Below, in pieces: positions 35,631-47,249 of a stretch of DNA of 58,996 nucleotides. The DNA is taken from contig JAUCBJ010005345.1 of assembly GCA_032718475.1 (NCBI GenBank), positions 1-58,996 of the forward strand, given 5' to 3'. The notes below the pieces were generated by a model that saw only the letters and a program-made list of their open reading frames with translations, had not been told where the DNA came from and ran no database searches. Numbering within the stretch: position 1 is the first letter of the stretch; each line of letters begins with the position of its first letter. Position numbers and translations under genes: made by a program. The stretch is from Nemertoderma westbladi (lineage: Eukaryota > Animalia > Xenacoelomorpha).

Positions 35631-36548
35631 TGTTCGCGGTATTTCAATTTGCCATAATGCGAGTTAAATATTTTTTTGGATTTATTTGTTATGAATATTC
35701 CAATATCAGTACTGGGTGCGGGAACGTAAAATTTTGGCGCATTCAATAGACTGGGGGCGACTGATGGGCGAATATTGGGGCGACTTACGGGGCACGGGAC
35801 TCATATCAGATATTTAAGGGCCAAGGGTGGGAGGCAAAATCAAGCAGTACTTTAGCTGTCAGGGTTGCCTGATAGTTATTTAGGCCTAGACAACCTCCTT
35901 CTACTTCGGTAGTTGGTAACCCGCTAGGCCTGGGTACAAGGACTGCCCTTAGCGGTTCCTGGCCACCAGCAGCGATTACGAGCCTGAAAAGGATTCGGAA
36001 AGCTTGCTGATTGGAGCAGCTTCTCGGCTACCAATGCGACTACTAGCCTAAAAGGATTCGGAAAGCTTAGGTGGTTGGGACCCTGCAATGAACTGACAGA
36101 CCCCTTGCCAAGCCGTATCGCTTTCCTGATGACCGATCCCCTCGGGGTTCGGGAAGGGTGGGACAGACACGCGACAGGGTCGACCGACACTGACACTACG
36201 GTACCGGGACTAGGACCGAGGGAAAATGGGGAACATTAGTTAGGTTAAAATCTGAAAGCGAACAGTGGGTAATTAAATAATTTACTGTAGGAATTTATAT
36301 ACTTGTGTATTATTGTGAATATTTGGTATATTGGTGTGGGGAAGCCCAAATTATTCTCAATCAAGGTTCAATCAGAGTTTAAGTTATATTAAAGATTATA
36401 TCCAAACCAATGAAGCTTTTTCTCTACCCGCAATCTTGCATCTCAGGTAATATCTCCTTCTCCACTCCCAAAATCCGGTGACTGGCCTCTGAAAATTCCG
36501 CCACCAGCATCGGCGTTTTCCCCCCTGGTGTCGGGAATAACGGCAACA
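35631..36548 (+). repeat. 3' LTR of the BEL element (918 bp)
   Basis: Begins TGTT right after the PPT and ends AACA just before the satellite resumes. TATTTAA TATA-like site at ~35811. Confidence 0.8.
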
Positions 36549-36551
36549 AAG

Positions 36552-36911
36552 AGAGTGGTGTGATGTAGATAGTTCAGTATGGAAGCGAGTGGTGTGATTA
36601 AGATAGTTCAGTATGGAAGCGAGTGGTGTGATGTAGATAGTTCAGTATGGAAGCGAGTGGTGTGATTAAGATAGTTCAGAATGGAAGCGAGTGGTGTGAT
36701 GTAGATAGTTCAGAATGGAAGCGAGTGGTGTGATGTAGATAGTTCAGAATGGAAGCGAGTGGTGTGATGTAGATAGTTCAGTATGGAAGCGAGTGTTGTG
36801 ATGTAGATAGTTCAGTATGGAAGCGAGTTGTGTGATGTAGATAGTTCAGAATGGAAGCGAGTGGTGTGATGTAGATAGTTCAGTATGGAAGCGAGTGTTG
36901 TGATGTAGATA
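36552..36911 (+). repeat. 34-bp satellite, block 2
   Basis: Same unit and orientation as block 1. Confidence 0.95.
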
Positions 36912-39900
36912 CTACTACTACTACTAGTATCGGCATGCTGCATTGCAGCTGCATTTTTAAGAATGCTGTGCCGGCTTGTCGACAAAATTGCGCCGCCACA
37001 ACTACCTATCACCCATGACATTTGCTAGATCATCCGCATCTTCAAGACCAGTGTCCTTTAAGATGCGTCTCAAGAAAGTCATGGGCTGTCCACCAGGCTT
37101 ATTCACTCCATGAGGCTGCCAAAGTACAAGATTATGCACTGGCTGGTCCTCAGGGCGAAAGCAATGTCCTGCAAAGCGGAGGCGATTTTGTTCTAGTGTC
37201 AAGCTTGGGGGAACCAATGAGACACCTCCAATGTTATATAGTGTCTGGTTGGAGATGTGTGCATTGTACTTGACACAATGAACCCGGCGTAGCATTCTTG
37301 TGAATGTGCCATCCAGAGATTTGGTGTCCTCAGCAGTTAGAGCCCAGCATGGACTCCCGTAGAGGAGTACTGGAACTACTGCTGCTCTGAATAATCGGAC
37401 CTTAAGTTTCCGATTAATTCTAGGTGACTTCCAAATCCTGGAAAGCCTATTCAAGGCTGCCCATGCCTTTCCCTTACGTATTCGAAGGTCCTCACCTGAC
37501 TTCCGGATCCATGATCCCAGGTAACAGAAGTCGTCCACATGCTCAAGCATACCATCCTTTGAGCTTATGCTCATCCGATCAGAGACTTGCTGAGGACTTT
37601 CAAAGTTAACTGTCAGAATTTTGGTCTTTCTGGAGTTAATAAAAAGACCAACACTAGAAGCAGCATGTTCTAATGAGCTGAGGAGCCGCTGGGCTCCCTC
37701 TAATGATTCTGAGAGTACTCCTAAGTCATCAGCAAAGTCTAGATCAGTTAGGTACTTGGCAGGATTTCCTCGACTTCTGGAGCCAGTAGGTGGAGTTATC
37801 ATCACCCCATCATCATTATGATTATCTAAGGACATGCGTAGAACATAGTCAACCACAATAATGAACAAGAATGGTGCAAGTGTGTCTCCTTGGAGGACGC
37901 CCCATAACACTTCAAATGGTTCTGTGTCACCATCAACAGTAGACACAAATGTTGTCGAACCATCGTATACTGATCTGATTGCTGTAATAATTTCATCAGG
38001 AATCCCATATAATGAAAGTATGCTGAACATACGTGACCGAGAGATTGAATCAAAGGCCTTGAAGAAGTCAACAAAGATAACAGCCAGATGCCTGTCTTTC
38101 TTTTTTGATAACTCTTCAATTATCCTTCTAAGTGCCAAAATGGGCTCCATGGTCCCACGACCTTTACGGAACCCATTCTGATTTCCACGTAGCAGTCTCT
38201 CAATGGGATCCCTGATGCGATTTAATAGAATTCTATTGTATAGTTTTGCAGCAATCGAGATCAATGAGATTCCCCGAAAAGAACCATAGAGTGTTAGGTT
38301 GCCCTTCTTGGGAACTGGCACCAACTTATTTGTTTTCATTTCTTGTGGGACTCTTGTTGTACGGTACATGTCTACTATGATGGGATAGATGAGCTTTAAA
38401 CACTCAGGTATTTTAAAGACCTCAGGGGGAACACCATCTACTCCACTGGCACGATTGGTCTTAATGCTCTTTGCAGCAGCCTTCACTTCTGCAAAGGAGA
38501 TATCGCCAATGGGAATATCTGGGAGTACAGACTCAGACACTTTTACTTCTATAAAGTTATCAGGCAATACCCTGTCATTATTGAGGAGCTTTTCAAAGTG
38601 GGCTTTCCAACCATTGAGGCGATCGGCTGGTGATTCAGCCTTAACCTTGGTGGTTGGTTGGCTTTTCCGCCCAGTAAGCAGATTGATCGATTTCCATGCC
38701 TGGGATGATTGCCTGCTGTCGTCAGCATCATTGATGGCATCAACCTGTTGGTTTATTAGCTCCTGTAGATTAACAGAGTACTGCCTGTTCAGGGACCTAG
38801 ATGCAGCTTTAACTGCATTCTTGGCCGCTGTAGTCTGTTTGAGTCGGGACTCTTTCTGCGCCTTATGAAGGTCATTTCGGCACTTCTGAATTTTGTTGTC
38901 AGTCCAGGGGGCCCTTTTCCTGTTTCGAGGGTATACAGGAACTGTTTCTGCAGCTGCTAACTTAACTGCTTCTGTAAAGGCAGTATAGCCCTCACAGTGA
39001 TCTGCCGCCTCAGAGGCAAGAGCCTCATACCTGTTGCTCAGCTGTAGTGTGAAGCTGGATCTCACACTTGGCTGTTGCAACAGAGAGGACCAGTCATGCC
39101 GTGGCAAGGCAGATTTCGTTGTTCTGCTAGCACGCAGACTAAGTCTTACCTTGGCCACAATAAGGCGGTGATCACTGGAGAAGGGTCGAAGTGTAAATGC
39201 ATTACAGTCTTGTATAGAGCTCCTGTATTTCCTACGAAACAGAATATGGTCTATCTGGGACTTGTGACCACTGGGTCCACTATGAGTCCATAGCTTTCCA
39301 GTTCGCTTCTTGAACTGGGTTCCAGCCGAAAACAATCCATTTCCAGAGATAAAATCCTGAAGATGGACAGAATTTCGGTTAACACTATTGCTATAGACCC
39401 AGGGCGATGTAGGTGATTGATGCAGACTTGCATTAAAGTCTCCCAGGAATGTTAAGAATGCATGCTGATCCACTCCATCAGTTGCTGCTTGTAGATTGTG
39501 GTAGAAATTTTCCACCTCCTCTACAGGGGCAACACTAGTTGGAGAGTAGCACACAATCAGAACCACCTTAGGAAACTTCTTAGCCAGTCTTCCAGAACAT
39601 GAGAAGTGGCAACGGATGATGCGGTTAGAGATTTGGTCTATTTTGTCCAATGCTGCATGTGCAGTTGGATTCATCAATAGACCAATTCCACCATTGCCAC
39701 TATCATCTGCTGACGCGAGGGCGAGTCGCCAACCGCCCCCCATGTCCTTAATCAGAACCTCATCAGTCTGTCCAGTCTGCATTCGGTGCTCTTGAACACC
39801 CACTGCGCTAAGAGAAAGCTTATCTGCCAAGGCAGTCAGCTCACCTTGTCGCATTGGGGACCCGAGTGTTAGGGTGTTTACTGAGGCTAGTCTAGTGACT

Positions 39901-39992
39901 TGCCTCAGATTCACCAATGGCTTTGTTGGTCGGGGTGGAACATGAGAGTAGCCTCCAACTCCAGAATCCCTCTCCCCATCACAATCTGTGTA
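36912..39992 (-). mobile_element. Near full-length RTE-clade LINE inserted in the satellite
   Basis: (TAG)n tail at 36912-36926; candidate 9-bp TSD ATGTAGATA at 36903-36911 and 39993-40001. Confidence 0.95.
37002..39917 (-). CDS. RTE ORF: APE endonuclease plus reverse transcriptase (971 aa, no ATG start, premature stop 15 codons from the family end)
   Basis: APE motifs VGVQE, GDFNA, QIDHIL, SDH; RT motifs PVPKKG, QNGFRKGR, FVDFFKAFDS, GVLQGDTLAPFLF, LDFADD. Confidence 0.93.
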   Translation of the reverse strand: MVNLRQVTRLASVNTLTLGSPMRQGELTALADKLSLSAVGVQEHRMQTGQTDEVLIKDMGGGWRLALASADDSGNGGIGLLMNPTAHAALDKIDQISNRIIRCHFSCSGRLAKKFPKVVLIVCYSPTSVAPVEEVENFYHNLQAATDGVDQHAFLTFLGDFNASLHQSPTSPWVYSNSVNRNSVHLQDFISGNGLFSAGTQFKKRTGKLWTHSGPSGHKSQIDHILFRRKYRSSIQDCNAFTLRPFSSDHRLIVAKVRLSLRASRTTKSALPRHDWSSLLQQPSVRSSFTLQLSNRYEALASEAADHCEGYTAFTEAVKLAAAETVPVYPRNRKRAPWTDNKIQKCRNDLHKAQKESRLKQTTAAKNAVKAASRSLNRQYSVNLQELINQQVDAINDADDSRQSSQAWKSINLLTGRKSQPTTKVKAESPADRLNGWKAHFEKLLNNDRVLPDNFIEVKVSESVLPDIPIGDISFAEVKAAAKSIKTNRASGVDGVPPEVFKIPECLKLIYPIIVDMYRTTRVPQEMKTNKLVPVPKKGNLTLYGSFRGISLISIAAKLYNRILLNRIRDPIERLLRGNQNGFRKGRGTMEPILALRRIIEELSKKKDRHLAVIFVDFFKAFDSISRSRMFSILSLYGIPDEIITAIRSVYDGSTTFVSTVDGDTEPFEVLWGVLQGDTLAPFLFIIVVDYVLRMSLDNHNDDGVMITPPTGSRSRGNPAKYLTDLDFADDLGVLSESLEGAQRLLSSLEHAASSVGLFINSRKTKILTVNFESPQQVSDRMSISSKDGMLEHVDDFCYLGSWIRKSGEDLRIRKGKAWAALNRLSRIWKSPRINRKLKVRLFRAAVVPVLLYGSPCWALTAEDTKSLDGTFTRMLRRVHCVKYNAHISNQTLYNIGGVSLVPPSLTLEQNRLRFAGHCFRPEDQPVHNLVLWQPHGVNKPGGQPMTFLRRILKDTGLEDADDLANVMGDR

Positions 39993-40315
39993 ATGTAGAT
40001 AGTTCAGTATGGAAGCGAGTGGTGTGATTAGATAGTTCAGTATGGAAGCGAGTGGTGTGATGTAGATAGTTCAGTATGGAAGCGAGTGGTGTGATGTAGA
40101 TAGTTCAGTATGGAAGCGAGTGGTGTGATGTAGATAGTTCAGTATGGAAGCGAGTGGTGTGATGTAGATAGTTCAGTATGGAAGCGAGTGGTGTGATGCA
40201 GATAGTTCAGTATGGAAGCGAGTGGTGTGGTGAAGATAGTTCAAGATGTAAGCGAGTGGTATGATGTACAGCACAGTATGGAAGCGAGTGGTGTGATGTA
40301 GATAGTTCAGAATGG
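39993..40315 (+). repeat. 34-bp satellite, block 3
   Basis: Same unit and orientation; degenerates at ~40230-40315. Confidence 0.95.
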
Positions 40316-42053
40316 AAATGCATATATGCATAAAAAACTTCAGCCCCTTTGATTGTAAACTTACGATTCAATTTGATCGTACATTTAAGGAGCTCTCTAT
40401 CAAGTATTTAAAGTTACGATCTGCCCCAGTTGTTATTGAACTAAATTCTTATTGGCAATACTACTGTAGATAATGGTTTATGTTGTTATGGCTACCTGAT
40501 AAACAATTCAACAGTGGTGATTTAACTCTCATTTACCACCTTTTATTTAAAAACTTTTTATAAACTTTTTAACAACTTTACTTTAAAAGTAATGGTGATA
40601 GTTTAGTAGTTTTTTATTAAATTGTACTTATTTTCCACTGTATTCCAATGTTCTAGAATAAATTTTTAATTCTAGATCTTTTATAAAAAAGTGAAAAAAT
40701 CATGTACAGTTTCTATTTGTTGATATTTTTTATTTTTGTATAAGTTCTATAACATTAATTTTATTCTAGAACATTTTACAAAAACTTAGCAAATATAGCT
40801 ATAGTTTTTGCTATTTAACGGTCAGAAAATGTTCCCTATTCTTAAAAAAAATAGTTCCAGAACAAGTTTTTCTTATTCTAGAATTTTCTTTATACATTTT
40901 ACATTAGTTTAAAACAAATTAAGATTCCATCGGACTATGTACTTTGTATTTAGTAAATAGGCCAATATGACAATATATGTGCTAGACATAGCTAGATATT
41001 CAAGATTATAGATATTCAAGAAGCGACAGCGAAAACTGTTCTGAACTTTTGACTCTTAACTTCAACATACAGTAAATGTTTTGTCTTATCTATAATATAA
41101 ATGCATCATTCAAAAATTTATTATCAATGCCCATCAGCCACATTTGAATAAAATTGAGAGCCCAAAAGGAAAACCTGTTATGAAAAACCTGTAAACAGAA
41201 TATTTAGCAACTTTAATGGCCTTTTTTTGGATGGCTTCAAAATACAGCAAGGCCGTGTATATATTTGCCATGCTCAGATTTTTGTCAGTTGCAGTGTTGT
41301 ATACAGAGTTGACAAGCAACACTCTAAAATAGCATCGTAAAAATAGCATCGTAGCTAAATTACGATAATCGGAAGCACGATTAATCGTAAACAGTTTTAT
41401 GCATACCAATATACGACAATCGTGGCTGCGATAGTCGTACTCCAACTTACGAATCATTTAGAGTTACGACAGACGTAAATCATTAGACATACGTGCCAAT
41501 GCCTCACTTAAAATAATATATTTTATTTGTTAAAAGGCTTGGATTGCCACACATCTAGAATATATTGCATCTGAGACAGTGGAATAGTTTCTGCTAATAA
41601 TCTGCAGGCCATAGTTAAAATATGGTCGGTTTATTTATAAATACATTATACATATACTGTACTAAATATATTATAGATAACAGTTTGCACAATGGTACAG
41701 ACAAGCTCAGCCACTCTTCTATGGATTTCTTGTTCGTCTCTTTGACATAGGTAGATTTTGCACTAGTTGACTCTACAGGCGATTCGAGTTTCACCCGATT
41801 TCTGATTTTTATTTCTGCCAAATTTTTCAATACATAATACATATATAAATTGTATGTAACTAATATGAATCTATCATAGAAAGCATGGTAACAGAACCGA
41901 AATGGTAATGTACTGCCTAATAACAACTTTTAATTATCATATTCTTCTCAAAAACCTATTTTGGAGAGCAAGTTTCAATTTAAATGTTTTATATTCGATT
42001 GATATCTTGTACAAACATAAACATTGTTCCAAGAGGATCAGACTTTTACTAAC

Positions 42054-42295
42054 ATTCCACACACGACTCTTACAGATGAAACGACATCATTCATTCCGTC
42101 GGATGATAACTGAGTAGAGTCGGTTGTCGTTGAATACTTTTCGGATGGGCCTGACTGGTCATCATCCTAGTACAACCAAATCTTGGGTATGCACCCTGAG
42201 ATTTCCTCACAATAGCCTGGAGTGTTCGTCCACACAAGGAGGAGAGTGATCCCCCATACCACCACCCCCAACAGAAAAGTACCTAATTGCATCAT
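42054..42295 (-). pseudogene. Paralogous crystallin first exon (signal peptide plus Greek key 1) with an in-frame TAG
   Basis: MMQLGTFLLGVVVWGITLLLVWTNTPGYCEEISGCIPKIWLY*DDDQSGPSEKYSTTTDSTQLSSDGMNDVVSSVRVVCG. Phase-2 donor GTTAGT at 42053. Closely similar to 48263-48501. Confidence 0.8.
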
Positions 42296-44047
42296 AGACA
42301 CAGCAGAACCTATCAATATATTGTCTAGTTGTGTCAAAGTAACTAAACAAATCCACAAATTCAAACATATAATTTATTTTAATTGGTATAATATACTGTA
42401 CGTTTATGCTTCTCAGTATATTACTTATATTACTCTACTGCAAACTAACTACCGTTATTCTACAGATTATGAAGGCAATGCATGGTAATGGAGATTGATG
42501 ATTGTATGTGTTCATGAGTATTATACAGTAGTAGACGTGGGGATACTCAACATGGGTTCCTCTATTCTCCACATTATTTATGTTGGGAAATTAGAAGATG
42601 GGATGATGTGTCTTGCTGTTATATTGATAATCCACAATCCTCTTTCTAATTATTCCACGAATAAGCTTCATTGTGTTAATGTATATTAACAGTACAGTCT
42701 ATCACTGTCACTATTAGCAGAGAGTTGTATTGCTGGCTGCGCATAAACAAAAGATAAAAGAATGTACAGTATCTATGCTTTGGACGCGATGATTTCAATT
42801 TGTCGCCATTGTTTAAAACCACTCTTGCCATACATTAATTATACACAGATTTAAATTCTTCTGTTCCATCTGTATTGAAGGTCATCTGATACCGTTCCTA
42901 TCTGTGTGAAGCGGAGAATCGTACAAACAAGAAAAGAGAATCGCTCAAACAAACTAAAAAATCTCTAAAAAAATTTAAAAAACTCATCCAAACTAATGAA
43001 AAAACGTAATGTAACAAACTAATTATTTATTACCCTACTGTAGCTAAATTATAAATTATCTAGTAAATTATTACATTTGCTAATAACTGAATAAGTAGGT
43101 AATAAACATAGTAACTATTAGCAAAAACAAAAGATGAGACAGAAAATATACTATAAATATCATATTAAAAGATTCAATTGTTGCTTATACATTCCATACT
43201 AATGCCCACTCCGTGTGAGCCTACCTGATGAGCCTACACTGACGTTTTATAGCAAGAAGGCAAAAATTTGAAACAGCGAATTTTCTAGAATAATATATAA
43301 AATTAAACTTTCTGGATGTGGAATGAAAGTTTCTGGAGTCATCAGATATTATTTGCGCCAACGCCTTATCTGGCCTTGTAAGGACAACTCTTTTATGAAA
43401 TTTATTGGTATTTGTAGTCTATTTACCCATTTTCAAGATTTTTTATATATAGGATAGTAGTTAGTAGTTTCTTCTTCTTTTTGAAAATGTTCTAAAATAT
43501 GATTTTTATTCATAAATTGTTCCTTTTTCGCTCGAATATACCCCAAAATCGAGAGAAAAAGTTTCACTTTTTTCCCTAGGGAAAAAAGTCATCCATAGGA
43601 TTGCATTGATTTTACTTTTTTTCTCGGCGAAAAAACTAAAGTAAAATATTTTTGGTGGAATTTCTTAAATTTTATTACATATATTGAAAGAGCATTGATG
43701 TAGAAAAGGTCTGCAAGTAATATGAGCAAAATTCATTAACACACTCAAAAGTTATTGCATCTTTAGTGTCTGCGCGGCGAACGCGAAAACGGAAATCAAT
43801 AACCAATATTTGTTTATGTTGTTAAGCGGATCTCTAGTTACTTAATAAGTATTCTAGAACATTAAATTATTTTAACATTGAGTAAGGCAGCATCAGGAGT
43901 TGAAAAGTACAGTAATTGGAATCGCAGTAACTATGAAAGCAATATAGTAAAATACTATTAGTTCAATTTATTTTACAACACTATATTGCTATGTTTTATT
44001 AAATAATTTAGCAACAAAAAAGTACCAATTTAAGAATAAAATTACGT

Positions 44048-44182
44048 ATTACATGGATTAACGTAGAATATATTTTTTTTCAATATTCTCTCGACCCTTT
44101 TATTAACCTCGTTGACGCTCGGTAAATAAAATGCCTCGAGAATAATGAAAAAAAAGTTCTACCTTTTTTCCCATGTAATAAA
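44048..44182. mobile_element. Small palindromic element (Crypton/MITE-like)
   Basis: tattacatgg..tattctctcga / tcgagaata..ccatgtaata inverted arrangement around a short core. Confidence 0.4.
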
Positions 44183-44266
44183 TAATTTTTATCATTTTTA
44201 ACGAAAAGTTACAATATTAAATTTAAAAATGAATTATGTGTGTGTTTAGGCAGGCCTAATACTTAA

Positions 44267-44550
44267 AGCCACGTTCACAACAAACGGTGCGTGAGCGGTA
44301 AACTACCCAAAGACAGGTAGTGTGGACACAATGGTTAGTCTAGCGGTATTGAAGCGGTAAGCCAGTGGTACATATACTACCCGGAGCCCGTTCACACCCA
44401 ACGGCACCGTTGCGGTAACTTATTGTCTATCTGTCGACTGTGAATTCAACAGGAAATTACATTAATTAATGTTTTAACATTGTTTATGGGCTGCGGTAAA
44501 CCGCGCGGTTTAGCGCACAACTACCTGTTGGGTCGTAAACAGTCAGCGGT
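44267..44550 (-). mobile_element. Truncated inverted copy of the Harbinger-type MITE at 4680-4986
   Basis: TAA|AGCCACGTTCACA start; body is the reverse complement of ~4740-4986. Confidence 0.75.
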
Positions 44551-44554
44551 AATT

Positions 44555-45132
44555 AAAATTAAATTCATTTACTGCTAAGACAAAGATCATAGATAGATAG
44601 AGAGCTCAGACGCAGGCAGTCATGCAGTATCTTATTTATAGACAGGTGCTGAGTGAAAAGTTAGTTTCGTATAGTTTGTTAAGAGGTCGAATTTTGAGTT
44701 CTTTGTAAAGTGGTAACGCGGTTGATTGATAGTGGGAGAATGTAATGCAGCGTATCAGTTTATTAATTTTAATGCGTACAGGTTTGAGTATCGATTTATC
44801 GGAGCTGCCCCATAGAATAATGCCGTAGTTGATGTATGGGTGAATTAGGGTGAAGTAAAGTGTCCTGAGAATGTGTACAGTAAGGGAAAAATATGGCGTA
44901 GTTTGTAAAATATTCCAGAAGATTGAGATATTTTTTTAATGATATAATGTATGTGTATTTTCCACCTAAGTTTTGAATCTAGCCAGATGCCTAGTAATTT
45001 TGAGTTGTTGGTAATTGTTGATGCATTCATGAATTTTGCCTTTAGATTACTTATTTTACTGATTTTTAGTCTAAAACAACATTTTATATTGATAATATTA
45101 ATTTCGATTGTGGGTAAACGATTGTCGTTGCT
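44555..45132 (-). mobile_element. L2/CR1-group LINE 3' fragment
   Basis: SKLLGIWLDSKLRWKIHIHYIIKKISQSSGIFYKLR and NYGIILW motifs. Confidence 0.7.
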
Positions 45133-45822
45133 TAAGTCCTCAGCAAGTCTCTGATCGGATGAGCATAAGCTCAAAAGATGGTATGCTTGAGCATGTGGAT
45201 GACTTCTGTTACCTGGGATCATGGATCCGGAGGTCAGGTGAGGACCTTCGAATACGTAAGGGAAAGGCATGGGCAGCCTTGAATAGGCTTTCCAGGATTT
45301 GGAAGTCACCGAGAATTAATCGGAAACTTAAGGTCCGATTATTTAGAGCAGCAGTAGTTACAGTACTCCTCTATGGGAGTCCATGCTGGGCTCTAACTGC
45401 CGAGGACACCAAAATCTCTGGATGGCACATTCACAAGAATGCTACGCCGGGTTCATTGTGTCAAGTACAATGCACACATCTCCAACCAGACACTATATAA
45501 CATTGGAGGTGTCTCATTGGTTCCCCCAAGCTTGACACTAGAACAAAATCGCCTCCGCTTTGCAGGACATTGCTTTCGCCGTGAGGACCAGCCAGTGCAT
45601 AATCTTGTACTTTGGCAGCCTCATGGAGTGAATAAGCATGGTGGACAGCCCATGACTTTCTTGAGACGCATCTTAAAGGACACTGGCCTTGAAGATGCGG
45701 ATGATCTAGCAAATTGTCATGGGTGATAGGGAGTTGTGGTGGTGCAATTTTGTCGATAAGCCGGCACAGCATTCTTAAAAATGCAGCTGCAATGCAGCAT
45801 GCCGATCCTAGTAGTAGTAGTA
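45133..45822 (+). mobile_element. 5'-truncated RTE copy with (TAG)n tail
   Basis: Near-identical to 2843-3519; tail TAGTAGTAGTAG at ~45808-45822. Confidence 0.92.
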
Positions 45823-45889
45823 AGATGCGGTTTTTGAATAGAGGATTTTTTATATATAGGATAGTAGCTATTAGTTTCTTCTTATTTTT

Positions 45890-46221
45890 GTGAACAAGAA
45901 TGGCGCAAGTGTGTCACCCTGGAGGACTCCCCGTAACATTTCGAATGGTTCTGTGTCACCGTTAACAGTAGTAGCAATAGCAAAAATAGTACAAATGTCT
46001 TTGAACCATCTTACTAATCTGATTGCTGCAATAATTCCATCAGGAATCCCATATAATGAAAGTATGCTAAACATACGTGAGCGAGAGACTGAATCAAAGG
46101 CCTTGAAGAAGTCAACAAAGATAACAGCCAGATGACTGTCTTTCTTTTTTGATAACTCTTCAATTATCCTTCTAATTGAAAAAATGGGCTACATGGTCCC
46201 ACGACCTTTATACGGAACCCA
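45890..46221 (-). mobile_element. Internal RTE RT fragment
   Basis: MFSILSLYGIP...LRGVLQGDTLAPFLF, homologous to 37860-38175. Confidence 0.85.
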
Positions 46222-46765
46222 AATCATCTCCAGCTACACTCACAACAGATTTAACATCGTCAGTTACACTCACTACCGGTTGAACACCTCCAGCTACACT
46301 CACTACCGGTTGAACATCTCCAGTTACTCTCTCTACCAGTTGAACATCTCCAGTTACACTCAGTACTGGTTGAACATCGTCAGCTACACTCACTACCAGT
46401 TGAACATCTCCAGTTACACTCAGTACTGGTTGAACATCTTCAGCTACACTCACTACCGGTTGAACATCTCCAGCTACACTCACTACCGGTTGAACATCTC
46501 CAGTTACTCTCTCTACCAGTTGAACATCTCCAGTTACACTCAGTACTGGTTGAACATCGTCAGCTACACTCACTACCGGTTGAACATCTCCAGCTACACT
46601 CACTACCAGTTGAACTGAACATCTCCAGTTACACTCACTACCAGTTAAACATCTCAAGTTACACTCAGTACTGGTTAAACATCTTCAGCTGCACTCACTA
46701 CTGGTTGAACATCTTCAGCTACACTCATTACTGGTTGAACATCTTCAGCTACACTCACTACTAGA
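46222..46765 (+). repeat. 30-bp minisatellite (~18 units)
   Basis: Unit CATCTCCAGCTACACTCACTACCGGTTGAA with variants. Confidence 0.93.
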
Positions 46766-46829
46766 GGATATCTACAGTTCTATAAAGTAACTTGTAAATG
46801 GACCAGTAGACTTGTAAATAATCTTGTTC

Positions 46830-47048
46830 GTTGGCATTCTCATGGAGTGAATAAGCATGGTGGTCAGCCCATGACTTTCTTGAGACGCATCTCAAAGGAC
46901 ACTGGCCTTGAAGATGCGGATGATCTAGCAAATGTCATGCATGGGTGATAGGGAGTTGTGGCGGTGCAATTTTGTGGACAAGCCGGCACAGCATTCCTAA
47001 AAAAGCACCTGCAATGCAGCGTGCCGATCCTATGTAGTAGTAGTAGTG
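46830..47048 (+). mobile_element. RTE 3' end with (TAG)n tail
   Basis: Matches 3320-3515; tail GTAGTAGTAGTAGT at ~47034-47047. Confidence 0.85.
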
Positions 47049-47249
47049 TAAATGGAACCCCCCCCCCCCCCCAGATTTTCGCCAAAGGTTAAAATAAGCT
47101 TAACAAATTTTCAGCTATTTAAATATACTGTGAGGTTTTGAGTAGCCAACCTATTCATTCTAATACTATTCCCGTAGACCTACTTCAAAACTAACTCCAT
47201 TAATTATTTCAAGGCCAATTATCCTATCATATTGTGGCAAACAGGTATT

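Larger units (their letters stand above)
27000..36548 (+). mobile_element. BEL/Pao LTR retrotransposon, 5' LTR missing, with an extra ORF after integrase
   Basis: gag-pol domains in BEL order, polypurine tract GGGGGGGAC at 35622-35630, and 3' LTR TGTT...AACA. Confidence 0.92.

Noticed and set aside
37022-39433. Antisense and overlapping short ORFs within the RTE (and similarly within BEL)
   Set aside because: Shadow ORFs of long retroelement coding frames.
41134-41926. ORFs of 103-107 aa downstream of the 42-kb exon
   Set aside because: AT-rich, no recognisable domain and no consistent splice phase; likely spurious or decayed TE.
46184-46657. Repetitive ORFs on both strands (YTHYRLNISS / VQPVVSVAGD repeats)
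   Set aside because: Artefact of a 30-bp unit (a multiple of 3) between RTE fragments; no splice or promoter support.
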